Source: the human T2T-CHM13v2.0 reference genome, Homo sapiens
DNA: 64,000 nucleotides
NCBI RefSeq assembly: GCF_009914755.1
Contig: NC_060930.1
Strand: one strand, 5' to 3'
This document shows positions 39,169 through 51,908 of this stretch, piece by piece. The position numbers and the translations under genes were made by a program. The first letter of the stretch is position 1, and each line of letters begins with the position of its first letter. The notes below the pieces were generated by a model that was not told the DNA's origin, did not search any database, and was given only the letters and a program-made list of their open reading frames with translations.

Positions 39169-40008
39169 GCTTAATGAACAAAGTTTAAAAGGGAGTGTTA
39201 TTTGGAGCAGATGGAATTGACTTGAGAAGGGTGTGCCAGTTATTTATTTTTTTTGCATATGCATTTTTCACAACTCTTAAACTTCCTAGTTTTTAAGTGA
39301 TGGAGAATGGTTGTTGAAACAGGGTCAAGATCTCTTAACAAGATAAGAATCTACTCAGTTTTGTTCACTGCGTGGGCAGTTTCTGTCCAGCTAGTATAAG
39401 TAGGAGATTGGGCAGAAAGGATGACTTTCCAGAGACTACATCTTTGGGTCCATAAATTTTTCTTCATTTTTTTTCCCATAGAATCATGTCCCTTAGCAAC
39501 ATTTTTACTATAGCACAATATATTTGTACAATATTTATACTTAGAGCACAAATATTCATTTTTATCACTATATGTGTCTAAAGAGGCATTACATACCACA
39601 TATATCAATTATGGGAAATACACTATTTCTTTGCTACTCAATTCAGATAGGGACCACATACCATATAAAATGAGCTTTTCTGTTATGTCCTGGGTCACAC
39701 CTTTTCCCACTACACTGGGTTCAAAACAGAGATTTTTTTTTTTTTGGCCTTTTCTTGGATGTTGAAGAGGCAGGTTTTTAATTTTCCTTTTTAGTTACAA
39801 AATTCTATTTAGTTAAAAACAAAATACAACAGTTGCAGACTGTGAACTCTTACTGGTCTAGCTAGTGACAAGTACGGAAGCTCATCTGAGATACAGGATA
39901 AAGATAGTGATTCCACGTGCCACATCCAGATTTGGTAAATTTAACATGTTGCTCAGAAGTCTTCGTTGTAAACAAATATCTGTTTGTTCTGATTTGGTTT
40001 GTTGTCAC

Positions 40009-40304
40009 TTTTTTTTTTTTTTGAGACAGGGTTTAGCTCTTTCACTCAGGCTGGAGTGCAGAAATGTGGTCATAGCATACTGCAGTCTAGAACTCCCTGG
40101 CTTAGGTGATCCTCTCACTTCGGCCTCCCGAGTACCTGGGACTACAGGTGTGCCCCACCACATTTGGCTAATTTTTGTATTTTTCTGTAGAGATGGGATT
40201 TCACCATGTTGCCCAGGCTGGTCTTGAACTCCTGGGCTCAAGCAATCCTCCCAACTCAGCCTCCTAAAGTGCTGGGATTACAGGTGTGAGCCAATGCACC
40301 TGTC
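40009..40304 (-). mobile_element. AluJ, full length
   Basis: gagacagggt..., ctcaagcaatcctcccaactcagcctcctaaagtgctgggattacagg; TSD ttgtcactttt on both sides. Confidence 0.95.
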
Positions 40305-40639
40305 TTGTCACTTTTAGACACACTGACTTTGGCAATAAAGATGTAAAGAGAAATGAGGAAGTAAAACATGCCTTGAATGTGTTTTGAACCAAAACAATTT
40401 TTTGTGGCTTCCATATTTGTTTGTTATAAGACATTGTGCTAAATTTGAGTGGTTTTCTCCCATCAGAAATCCTAAGAAAAATATTTAAGGTGGTTCTTCT
40501 TCTACCTTTTAAGCAGGCTCTCCTTTCCTTTTTTTCTACCCTTTCATGAAATGTTTGCTTTTCTCTCATACCCATACTGTATTTGTTGGTGCTATAGACT
40601 CTCTTCATTCCTTATCTTTGTTCCGTATCCTTAATCCAA

Positions 40640-40735
40640 TTTTCTAACTTTTCTTTTTTCCTCCTTCCCTTCCTTTCTTCCTTTTCCTTCCGTCTTCTCT
40701 TCCTCCCTTCCTCTTTTCCTCTCTTTCTTTTTTTG
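40640..40735. repeat. Polypyrimidine (CT-rich) low-complexity tract
   Basis: About 90 nt almost entirely C/T. Confidence 0.85.
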
Positions 40736-40879
40736 CTTACTTTCCTGGGGATCAGCCATTAGGGGCTCTACCTGGTTGGCCCAGCCGATGCTGTCACTAG
40801 AGCCAGGTGAGACTTTCTGGCTTCTATGTCCATGCGGTAGCAACTCTGTTCCACAGGCTGCAGACTGCAGCGGAAATGA

Positions 40880-41040
40880 GTGTTGGACTGGAAACCTCGT
40901 GATCTAGACTTGCTTTAACATTTAGCAACAGGCTGCTCTTGAACAAACACCGTTTCTAAACTATAGTTTCCTCTACAGAGATTTGGAAAAGGTATTATCT
41001 ATTCTGCCTACTTAATGAAGTTATAATGTAAAGAAGCAAA
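40880..41040 (+). mobile_element. MIR fragment
   Basis: gagtgttggactggaaacc...agtttcctctacagagatttggaaaaggtattatctattctgcctactt. Confidence 0.5.
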
Positions 41041-41095
41041 ACTACTGGATGTCACAATAAGTTGGAAATCTCCAAAGCCTCAAAAATACCCAAGG

Positions 41096-41257
41096 CAGTG
41101 GTTCTCAGTTTTAGCTTGCATCAGACTCACCTGGAGGACTTGTTAAAACGCAGCTTGCTGGACCTCACTCTCAGAATTTCTTCTTCACTGGGTCCGTGGT
41201 ACCCGGGCATTTTCATGTTAATGCTGCTGATGGCAGTATCAGTGGTTGAGAACATTG
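41096..41257 (+). mobile_element. MER5A hAT MITE
   Basis: TIRs cagtggttctca...ttgagaacattg; gcatcagactcacctggaggacttgttaaaac; degenerate TSD ending aagg. Confidence 0.85.
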
Positions 41258-43529
41258 GTCTAAGGCATTATTATAAAATGGTCTAATCTCACAGTTTGCA
41301 TCTGCTCTCTGTGATTCCCTTAGATCTAAAATTCAGAGATGCCATTAGGAACATAAAGGTGCTAAGAGGAATTTGAAATGACCAGGAGCGTAGGTCTCCA
41401 GAAAGTGCCTACCAAATAGGAGCTAGAAGCAGCTGAAAACAGATTTCACCTGAGGAAGCGCCACAAATTTCTAAGAAATTATATTTTAGACCTTGTGTTT
41501 CCTTGGATGATGAGTTAATTTACTTTTCTGGGCTATGAAAGTAGTCAGTATTATCTTTTAATTGAAGCCTAAGAAGGGACAACTGAGAAGGGGCCTCCTG
41601 CAGGCCTCTCTGCTGCAGCATGTTTAATGGCACAGTTCTGGCTTACTCTAATGAAGAGGAACAGGACACTGTCAGCTTCAAAGAAAATTTTCTGTGCTTT
41701 AAATGGTAATGCGGAGAGCATAGTAGATAATTTTAGCTGGAAAATCAAAATATGCTGTGACACAGCTATAAAACTCTTTGCTACGAAGCCAATATCATTC
41801 TGGCTGATGGCTATTAGACCTCACAAAAGGAGGTTAATTAACGAAACAAACCAGTTGTAAAACGGTCTGAAGGAAGTCTGGTGTGTTGCGTCAAGCTTTG
41901 AGGTGCCAAATGAGACTACATCCACCTAAAAAGAGGGGAAGCTGGCTGGATGGCAGAGAAACTCAGAACGCCTGTAGATTTGTATCTAAATCTGGCTTCT
42001 ACGGCATATCTACGTGTAGTATGTGTGCTTGACCAAACATCAGAACAATCAGGCCTTTGAAGAAATGATGGGTCAGCCTAATTGGTCTTTCCCAAACAGT
42101 TGCACATACTGTTAAATTAAAAAAGAAAAGATGGGTCAGCTTAAAGCCATTCGCATGACTTGGATTAGCTGTCAAGTTCCCGCAAAGGCCAAAGCCAGGA
42201 ATCCTTGCTCACTGTTTCTTCAGGGTACAAGGATGGGTTCGACTGGCAGCATAGCTCTTGGTTGCCCTCTGCAGGGACAAACATCCGAAGCTTTTTGTCT
42301 GGGGAAAAGACTCAAGAAAATTGCAGGCCTTGGAAAGATGGATGGGCTTGAGGCAGTAAATTTCAAGGCATGTCTGGCTCTTTAAGGGCCTATCCAGTGT
42401 GGGTGCTTTAACAAGCAGGCAATATTTTCAGGAACTGAGTTTAGTGCTTCAGATGTACAGGGGATTTGCTGACTTGAGGAAATGGAGTAATTCAGGTCTG
42501 GGGCAAATAGGAGAATATGAGAATTATTTCTTTTCTTCCCCCTTCATTGGAAGGCTACAGCTTGTGTGTGGTGGGGTGGGGGGTGGGGAACGGAGGGTGG
42601 AGCTTTTATGATAAAACAAAAAATAATACAAAACAATATACACACACAACTCTTGTTTTTATATATTTAGTACTGATGTCAGTGGAACTAATGAAAAGCA
42701 GATTGGTCACAGCAACATAGAAAATCAATTCTCGAGCTTTCTCTTATTCAGGTTTTTGATAGTACATTGCTCTCATCTGTTATGTGAGGGTCTCCAAGTG
42801 ATTTTCCAATGAGTTGTTCTTTAGAGAAGAAATGAAGACACTGAAGACACTTGCTCTGGGTCATACACAATAATAAAAAGTAACCTCTTTCTTCCAATGA
42901 ATGCTTTCTACGGCCTTCGATTTCAAGGCTGACATGAAAGAACTTTTATAATTCTCTTCCATGAGGCTCTTTCCGGGTAATAGAAGTCATCAGCTGAAAA
43001 ATGAGATATGCACATTATACGTGCATTCATAAATTAATATTGATCAACTCCTCAGATATTTTATGACTTCATGGTGACCTAATGCTTTGTCATTTCCTCA
43101 TATATTAGCACGACTTGGAACTAGTAAATGTGGCTATGTAACTACTTGTTCAAAGGTGGATGAAAGACTAAGTCTCTAGCTTATTACTAAAGAATACACA
43201 TTTCTCCTAGACACATTTGCATTAACATGTCTTGAGGAAGTATATGGAGGGGAAAATTAGGGAATAGGGTATAAACGATCTCTAAACAGAAGCCTACACT
43301 TTTGCTATTTCTCTTTGTTAAAGGCAGATGAAAGCATGCTCAGTCATTTTGGCTGAAAATGCAATAAGAAATATCAGTGGGGCAAAGGTAGCATAAATGC
43401 TCTATAGATAGCTGTTTTCCCCCCTCCACAAACATGAGAAAGAATATAACATTTGAAAGGAATAAAAATAAAGGGCCTCAGTTTGGCTCTCAGTTTCCTT
43501 GTGTACAGTAATAAAGTTGAGTAATAGCA

Positions 43530-43775
43530 ACATATCAATGTGTGTTCCACAGGAATGCAAATTCTATCGCATGTAAGTACGCATCCCCCAAAATAATTCC
43601 ATCATGATACAAGTTTGAGGAAGACATGTTTCGTCAAATTGAACAGTCTTATTTACTGCTGGACTTCTTAGGCTTTCATAAACCATTGCACATCAGGGGT
43701 TCCCAAGAGGTGGACATAACATAGTGTTTCCAATCTTTTTGACCACGCCACCATTTTCTCCACGTTACTATGAAA
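43530..43775. mobile_element. hAT-Charlie family remnant (MER112/MER113/Charlie4z-like; subfamily uncertain)
   Basis: tgtgtgttccacagga, aagtttgaggaa, tttactgctggacttctt, gtttccaatctttttgaccacg. Confidence 0.6.
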
Positions 43776-44371
43776 ATATTGATATTGATTATTGTTTGTT
43801 AGTATCTTGTCCAGACGTCAAATTATATAAGTACCTGTTCAGAAGATGGGCTATAAAAAGAGACAGTTTGAAATGGAAGATAGATGGAATTAACCATGTA
43901 CTTTGGGCCATAATAGCCTTATTTTACATTTTCACAACATCACAGCAAATAATTTTTTTCCTTGATTTTCCACATGTTGCTTTTCAAGGATAAAGAAACT
44001 TAAGGAGGAGAAAAAAAAGTCGCTAGTAAGAATAGAAATTAGATATTTACATGCCGATGAAAGGGATCTTAGAGTCAAATTGGTAGCATCTAAGAGCTGT
44101 CATCAGCAACATATTACTATCTTTCAAGGCAGCAAAATATCTGACTGGAAAACCCAAGCTCTTCCCTATCTTCATTTTCCACCCTGGCCATTCTCACAGT
44201 ATGACAATGCCAGGCAGGTGCAAGGCACTGAATCTATTTGAACCCTTACAGTGAAGACAGACAATGTGGAATGTTCAAAAGTGAGCCCTTAAGATTATCA
44301 AGGAGTTAAAAAACAAACCCAGTCTGGAAAGGTTAAATGAGACGGGATTTATTTATTTATTTATTTTGTAA

Positions 44372-44427
44372 AGCATGGAGTAGAGTAAGTAGAGTTAACA
44401 GCATGGAGTAGAGTAAGTAGGGTTAAT
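44372..44427. repeat. Tandem duplication, 2 x 28 bp
   Basis: agcatggagtagagtaagtag(a/g)gttaa(c/t) twice. Confidence 0.95.
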
Positions 44428-44659
44428 AGTCAATTCCCTTGTGTGCAGTGTTATTCGACAGATAGATGAAGGTGATCAGCTAGTTTCCTTTGCCAGCAAG
44501 GAAGGAAGGAGAGAAAGTGTTCTTATGCTGTAGTTGCAAGAATTTATTTTAGATATGGGGAATGGTTTTCTTATCCTGATGGTTTTGTTCCATGATTGCA
44601 GTTACCATTTAATTAGGTCAAAAAGGTAGTTTCCTAAAAGACACTTTACCAATATGTAA

Positions 44660-44900
44660 CTAATAATATTAACCCTTATTAAATTATTATGATGGGCCAC
44701 TTACCATACTGGGGACTATTTAGGCATCATGACATTTAATTTTCATATGCGCTTTCTGAGAAATATAATTTTATCAACAATTTATAGATGTGAAAAATAC
44801 GGTTTATAGATATTAACTACCATCAGTATTTAGTGGAGTCAGTTTTCAAACTCAGATCTGCCTGACTTCAAAAGCCAAGCACTTGACCACCGTAATGTAC
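44660..44900 (-). mobile_element. MIR SINE
   Basis: atttatagatgtgaaaaatacggtttatagatattaact...caaactcagatctgcctgacttcaaaagcc...gaccac. Confidence 0.75.
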
Positions 44901-45352
44901 AATTTCTCTTGTTGCACTGTTTCAGTGTAGGTCAGTTAGTGTTTATTTGAGTTTGTTCCTCAATAATAATATACAATGCAGATTAACTGTACTATAGAGA
45001 CCAAAAGAAATTTAAACCAAGAACTGACTTTGCTCTTTCTTGACACAGGGAGGCAAGTGTGATCTTACTGAAGAATGAAGAGTCTAATGTAGTGGTTCCA
45101 TGTTGTTTTGGGAGTTGCAGTCTGGGTTCTCAGGGATCTTCACTACCACCCCTCACCTTGCCTTGACTTGTTACACTGATTCTGCTGCTGAGGACAAAAG
45201 GTGGAAAGCAGAATATAATATCAAATGCATAGGTCTTGATGGACAGGGTCTGTAATAAAAGGGCCCTGGGGTGCTTTATGAAAGTGTGTAAGAATGGGAA
45301 GAAGTTGGCTTAGAAAGATATTATGTACATTAAGTTCCTGAAAGTCAATCTC

Positions 45353-45667
45353 AGCTAGGTGTGGTGGCTCATGCCTGTGATCCCAACACTTTGGGAGGCC
45401 AAAGTGGGAGGATAGCTTGAGCCCAGGAGTTTGAGACCAGCCTAGGCAACCGAGCAAGACCTCGACTCTACAGAAAATTTAAAAAATTAAAAAATTATCT
45501 GGGCATGGTGGCATGTGCCTGTAGTTCCAGCTACTTGGCAGGCTGAGGTGGGAGGATCAATTGGGCCCAGGGGGTCAAGGCTGCAGTAATCCATAATTGT
45601 GCCACTGCCCTACAGCCTGGGTGACAAAGAAAGACCCTGTTCCAAAAAAAGAAAAAAGAGAGAGGGA
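45353..45667 (+). mobile_element. AluJ, full length
   Basis: gggaggatagcttgagcccaggagtttgagaccagcc; 13-bp TSD gaaagtcaat(c/g)tc at 45340-45352 / 45668-45680. Confidence 0.95.
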
Positions 45668-46849
45668 GAAAGTCAATGTCACCTTCTTATACAAGACCTA
45701 AGAGGCTAAATTCAAGCTGCCTATAACTTTGCTTGAAGGTTTACATGGATTTGTATAGATGACTATTTGAGAATTTGATTCATGGTAGGTAATTCTGTGA
45801 TAAAAAGAGAAATAAATAAGAGATGCAACATCAGAAATGTTGTCTACAAGTTCACTGTTTCACCATAATTTATGTTAGGTAAGTCCTAACCCCTTGAAGT
45901 ATATGTGTACACAATGTGGATGACAGCATGAATAATGTTTTGGACTGCATGCACACTAAAATGGCTATCGATAAGTAGCCAGTAGTCGCAGCCATTTACT
46001 AATACTCATAGTTTTCTTAGCTCTCTCCTGGGAAGAATCCGGCAGGCCTTTCAGGAGACGCCCCAAGAACCTGGGTTTGGCATCAGCTAGGCCTCACGGT
46101 GCAATGTGCAGGTGTTTATTCCAAACTATAAGTCACGATGCTTTTCCATCCTGACCTCATTCCTTGAATCTGCAGTTGTCCTGTGTGGAATCAGAGCAAA
46201 TCCTACCATAAATCCAAGTTGAAGAATCAGAGCAAATAATGGAAAGCCTCTGGTCAAATTGAATCCAGGGTGTGAGGTCAAGCAGCCAGAGCCAAGAAAT
46301 GTTATGTGAGGATATCTGAAAATATATGGATAAAACTGAAAGAAGAGTCTGTAGGAATGACCCAAGAACAAAGAAATTCTTCTGAATTCTTGCTGGGCCC
46401 ATCTCTCCACATCAGGGAGCTTTAGTCGAGTTCCGAAGAGCCTGGAATCTTCACACATCTCATTTCCATTGGCTTGCATGTGATTTTTATAATTTCCCCT
46501 GGATCTGCCTCCTGTCTCACTTGAAAGAAAATATACTGAAAAATGGAATCTAGTGTCCTAATGTTTGATTATCCTGCTCACTTGGCAACCAGTCTGCTAG
46601 GACCTCAAAAGTTGCCCTTGATTAGGATTCCAAGTGCATAAATTGATCAACCAAATTATTTCCAAGATCATTAGCATCTTAACATTGCTCAGAACAATGT
46701 ACTTAATAGGCTTCCTTTTTTAATTGTCCTCAATCGCTACTGAAAACTTGCACAACTCTGATAGCCTTGCCCTGGCTACCCTCTCTCACTAGATAACTGT
46801 TTGTATCTCATTTGACCAAAAAAGTAAAATAAAACAGGCTCTCAAGCCT

Positions 46850-47680
46850 ATCCGAAGCCCTTCAACTTTGAGCCTCCAAATTTATATCTGCAAAGGTCTT
46901 ATCTTTTTTAATCTCCAAAGAGTGACCTGTGTCTTCTCTAAAATTGATCCCTCCGCCTGGGCATCGAATCCATAACTGCCTTTTTCCTCAGAGAACTTGT
47001 TCCAGCAAATAACCCCATTCTTTCCTACATCTTCAACTCCTCAATCTCCATTTCTCTTTTCTCCTGGCGTATAAGTATGGTGAAGCATCACTCATATGTT
47101 TTTTAAAGACCTCCTTCTTCCACTCTTTGTTTTTCTCTTTTAGCCAAGCTTCCAACTTTTTTATTGTTCCCACTATCTTCTCTTTCATTCACCTGATATC
47201 AGTTTAACATAATCTGGATTATTTTCTCATTAATCACTGAAACTATTCCTTTATGAGTATCAGTAGATGTCCAATCTAACATCCGCTTTTAAGCCTTAAT
47301 CTGACATGATTCCTCTCTGGTATTTGACACTCCTTTCTTTTAGAAACATGGTTTCCATGGTTCTATTTTCTTATTTGTTTCCAACATTTCTGGCTGTTCC
47401 TTATCTCTAATTTCAGGTCCTTTTCCTCCACTTTCCTCTAGATTTTGGAGTTATCTCAAAGTTCTTTCTTTGGTTTCCTTCCTTCTCCTTTCCTTCTTGC
47501 AGTGTACTTAATCATCTTTTCCAGTCTTGACGTCAGTAACAACATGGTAGCCAATGCCTCTTAAAATTTGATCTGTATTTCTGTTCTCTCTTCTGAGCTC
47601 CAGAAAGATGTATCTGATTACCTACTAGACATGACCATTTGGGCATTGTACCCATATTTCAAAACCAATAAACCATGTTC
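46850..47680 (+). mobile_element. L2 LINE fragment
   Basis: cactgaaactattcctt, ggtatttgacact, ctcttctgagctccag...ctgattacctactagacat. Confidence 0.7.
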
Positions 47681-48809
47681 TAAAGTTTGAGGTATTTCTT
47701 ATATGGGAACAATGAGGTGAGGAACAGTGAAGAATTGTGAGAATATGAACATTTCCTAGGCCCAAATTAGAAGTTACAGAACATAGATTTGAATTGGTGA
47801 TGGCTTGATCTTAGCCTTAAATGCATCAAATATAATCTTATATAAAATAAGAAAAACCAATTACAGACCGATTGAGTGCATATTTGTGCAGCACTTATTC
47901 ATTGATTAAAACAAAATGTCAATGCAAGATCAAAAAAATGACTGGTTTACATGATGTGTGAACACTGTGGGGAATATAAAGGAAGCACTTATTTTCCATT
48001 CCTCATATTTCCACAGAAGAAAGAGAAGGTATACTGAACTCTCAGGGGAGGAAAATATGATATAAAGTTTCTTTGTGCCCCTCAACAACAAATCTTCATG
48101 TCTGGTAGAAGAACTAATTTGATCACTGAATTATGGAAAAGAACTGAGCATGATGATCTCTAGAGATCTCTCTCTCCTTGTCTTTTTCTCCCTCTCCTTC
48201 CCTCTCTTCCTGTCTCCCTTCTTCTCTTCCTCCCTTTTACTTGCATCTGCCTGCCTGCAAAAAGGCAACATCTAATCTGGATTGTTTCTCTGAACTTCTG
48301 GGAGATACATTTTATTTAGGAAACTTATTAGGAGGCATAATCATTGGAGGCATTTCCCCAGTTCCAGGTTATAGTGTTAATTAAACTGATATTTTGACTC
48401 TATTTTTTATTTCTTTATGTCTATCTTTTTTTTTTTAAGTTTGCCAAGGGAAATGTGTTGGCACTTTGGAAGTGAATAAACAACACCCCTGATCACAGAA
48501 ATAAAATGTGATAAATATATTCATAAACTTGTGGCTTCAGAAGTTTCTTAAGATGCATTTTCATTTATATCTCTTATTAAAACATAAGGATTGTTTTTAA
48601 AATTTTGATTATCTAAAAGGAATAACCATCTAAATTCATTTATATGGTCTCGGTAGAAATTTTATTATGTTTTATGTATTTATTATATACTTACATGCTA
48701 ATAAAATATAAAAAACCAAAATATCTAACACTGTCCTGTGTAAGAAATAATACTATCAGTTCTTGAAATATTTTGAAAATAAACTTCTTTGATGTAACAA
48801 AAATGAAAG

Positions 48810-50436
48810 TGATGGAAAAAGCATTTTATGTTGATAGATTGAAAGACTTAGTATTTTTAAGAGGACAATACTTGAATCAATCTATAGATTTAATGCAATA
48901 ACAATCAAAATTTCAATGGGCTTTTCTGCAGGTATAGAAAAGCTGGTCTTAAAATTTTTATGGAATTTTAAGAAACCCTCCAAAACCAAAATCATCTTGA
49001 ACAGAGTTGGTGAACTCCCACTTTGCTTTTTCAAAACTTACAACAAAGCCTTTAGCAATGAAAAGTGTGATAATGATATAAGGCTAGACATACAGATCAA
49101 TGGAATAGAATTGAGAATCTAGAAATCAGCCCATTTATCTTTGGCCAATTCATGTTTAACTTTTGACCAGTGTTCCAAAAGCATTCAATGGCGAAAGAAT
49201 AGTGTCTTCCACAAATGATGCTGAGACAACGGGGTATCCATATGCAAAAAAATAAAGTTGAGCCCTTACCTCAAAATGGATATGAGACATAAATATAAAA
49301 GCTAAAACTATAAAAGTCTTAGAAAAAAACTTAGGGGGAAATATTCATAACCTTGTATTCAGCAATTGTTTCTTAGATATGACACAAAAAGTAGAAGCAA
49401 CGAAATAAAAAATTAATTGTACTTTATCAAATTAAAACTTTTGTACATCAATTGTACTTTATCAAATTAAAACTTTCATGCATCAAGGGAGTGAAAAGAC
49501 TACCTATAGAATGACAGAAAATATTTTCAAATCATATATCCAAAAAATGTCTACTATCCAGATTATATAAAGAACTCTGACAACTCAATAACAAAAAGAC
49601 AAACAACTGAAGGGAAAAAATGAGCAGAATACTTTAACAGACATTTCTCCAAAGAGGATATACAAATGGCTAACAAGGACATGAAAAGATGTTCAACATA
49701 GTCATTAGAGAAATGCAAATCAAAACCACAGGAGAGGCCACTTCACTCTTGCCGGGATGACTAGACTAGAAAAAAAAGAAAAAAAAATGAGTGTTGGTTA
49801 GGATGTGGAGAAACTGAAATCCTCATATATTGTTGGTGGAATATAAAATTGTGCATGTTCTGTGAAAAACAGTTTGGTAGTTCCTCAAAAAGTTAAACAG
49901 AATTACCTTATGATTAAATGGTCTCGCTCCTAGGTTATACCCCAAATCATTAAATACAGGTGTTCAAACAAGTTTTACATAAATGTTCATAGCAGCACTA
50001 TTTATAATTACCAAAAGTGGAAATAACCCAAAAGTCCATTAGCAATGAATGGATAAACAAAATTTGATATATTATTCAGCCATAAAAAGAATGAGTTTCT
50101 GATATATCCACATTGAAAAACCTTGAAAACAGTATGGTAACTGAAAGAAGCCAGACACAAGAGGCCACATATTATATCATTCCATTTATGTGAAATATCC
50201 AGAATAGGCAAATTGATGGAGACAGAAAGATTAGTGGTTGCCAGGGACCGGGGGTAGGAGGCATGGGAGTGACTGCTTCATGGATATGGGGCTTCCTTTC
50301 ACAATAAAAAAATATGAAACGAAGAGGAATGATGGTTTCACAACATTGCAAATTTTTTGATGTCTCTGAATTTATCCTTTAAAATGGTTAAGATGGTAAA
50401 TTTTAGGTTATGTGTGTTTTACCACAATAAAAATTT
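48810..50436 (+). mobile_element. L1MB-type LINE-1, 5'-truncated (decayed ORF2 3' end plus 3'UTR)
   Basis: atctatagatttaatgcaat, gatcaatggaatagaattgaga, gaaatgcaaatcaaaaccaca, gattagtggttgccaggg; ends ttttaccacaataaaaa; ORF 48916-49122 gives L1 ORF2-like IEKLVLKFLW. Confidence 0.93.
49415..49484. repeat. Tandem duplication, 2 x 35 bp, inside L1MB
   Basis: aattgtactttatcaaattaaaacttt(tgta/catg)catc twice. Confidence 0.95.
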
Positions 50437-51559
50437 TAATGTGTATGAAAGGGATTTTATGAGTCATAAGATCAGACAGGCAGGTAACTTTTTTAGCTGG
50501 TTCAGGAAATACAATGAAAAGATGCCTAACTCTAATTAGGTAACAATGAACGCTCCTACACTGTGGCTTCTTCCGTGCTATAAGATACTAGTTGCTTTAC
50601 AAATAGCTCTGGAAACAGAGGGAGGACAAGGAATAGAGAATAATAAAAATGTATTCATGGGTCATATCTTGCAATGACAGAAAAATACATTACTATATAA
50701 AAATATGAATTTTCAGACTCTCTTTGAAGTGCTCATTTAGCTAGCTATTGTTTCAATATTTATGCTATAGTATTAAAATGATGCCTTTTGTCATTTCCTA
50801 GGACCGGTATTGTTTATGTGTGCTTTGAAGAAGAAGGGGGCAAGAGCTATTGGGCACAATATGTAATCTTTAAAATATAGATTTATAAGCAAAAATATTT
50901 TGTATACATGAAAGAAGTCCTCTATGAAAAGAATTTTTAACTCCTTGCAAACGAAAGCTAAAATGCTTTATTCTTTGTAAAACACATTGAGAAAATATTT
51001 GTTTCTGACTGACCATTGATTAATACCTTCATAACATACTATTTTTAGGGAAACCACCATTTTTAATGAACACAGATTGAGTTAATGTTAATCAGACTTC
51101 ATTGGTTTGGCTTAACCTCACATCCAATGCTGCTCTTTTAGATTTCTGTAATGGCAGACTCTCAATCAGTAACTCCATCTTGCAAACTCACAATATGTCA
51201 CGTCCCAGTGACTGGCATGAATGGAGTTTTTGGGAACCATTCCACTCTTTCAAAAATGTCTCCAATATTTCCATTTCTACTTAGTAGGCATAAGGCCTTA
51301 TGTTTTCACATAGAAGTGAGCAATGTTCACCTGTTTAGATACCACTTATGAAACAGGTGGAAGGCAAAGGCTCTTTATGGTATTTGACTGATTTAAGCAT
51401 CAATAGCTTAATCATAGATCTCAGGTGAACCTAGTGCAGGTATTAATATCTAATAACATGAAACAGATGATAAAATAGAATATGCTCATGTTGTATATGA
51501 TGTTATGTATATTAAATATTCCATATGTGTTTTATGAAGTAGAAAAAAAAAAGAGCTGG

Positions 51560-51908
51560 TGCCTCTATTTTTGGGCAAAGGGAAGGATTAGTCCAGTAAC
51601 GGTCATATCACTTGTTTTAATCAATGAAATTTGAGTGAACATAAATTGCTCTAGCAAATGAAATGCTGTGAACATCTAAATGGAAATATTTGAGAAACAG
51701 TGAGGGATTCGTCATCAGCCTTCCCACTACCATGGCCATCCGAAAAATTTCAGCCTGTGGAGCCTCCATCATTGTGAGTTCTTAAGTGAGGACAACGTGG
51801 AACTAAGGCTCCCTGAACCAAAGTAAACACGTTGCATAAGTGTGTCTTCAACGAGTTAGACTCTGGAATTGTTTGTTACAGTAACATAGCCTATCTTATA
51901 ACAATACA
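51560..51908 (+). mobile_element. MLT1J-like MaLR LTR
   Basis: caatgaaatttgagtgaa, ggagcctccatca, ttgtttgttacagtaacatagcctatctt...aataca. Confidence 0.65.

Noticed and set aside
40009-45667. Oppositely oriented AluJ pair as a dsRNA editing substrate
   Set aside because: About 5 kb apart and highly diverged; ordinary for primate DNA, and there is no evidence of transcription
48916-49122. L1 ORF2-like peptide
   Set aside because: Short remnant of a truncated, stop-ridden L1MB; not a functional CDS
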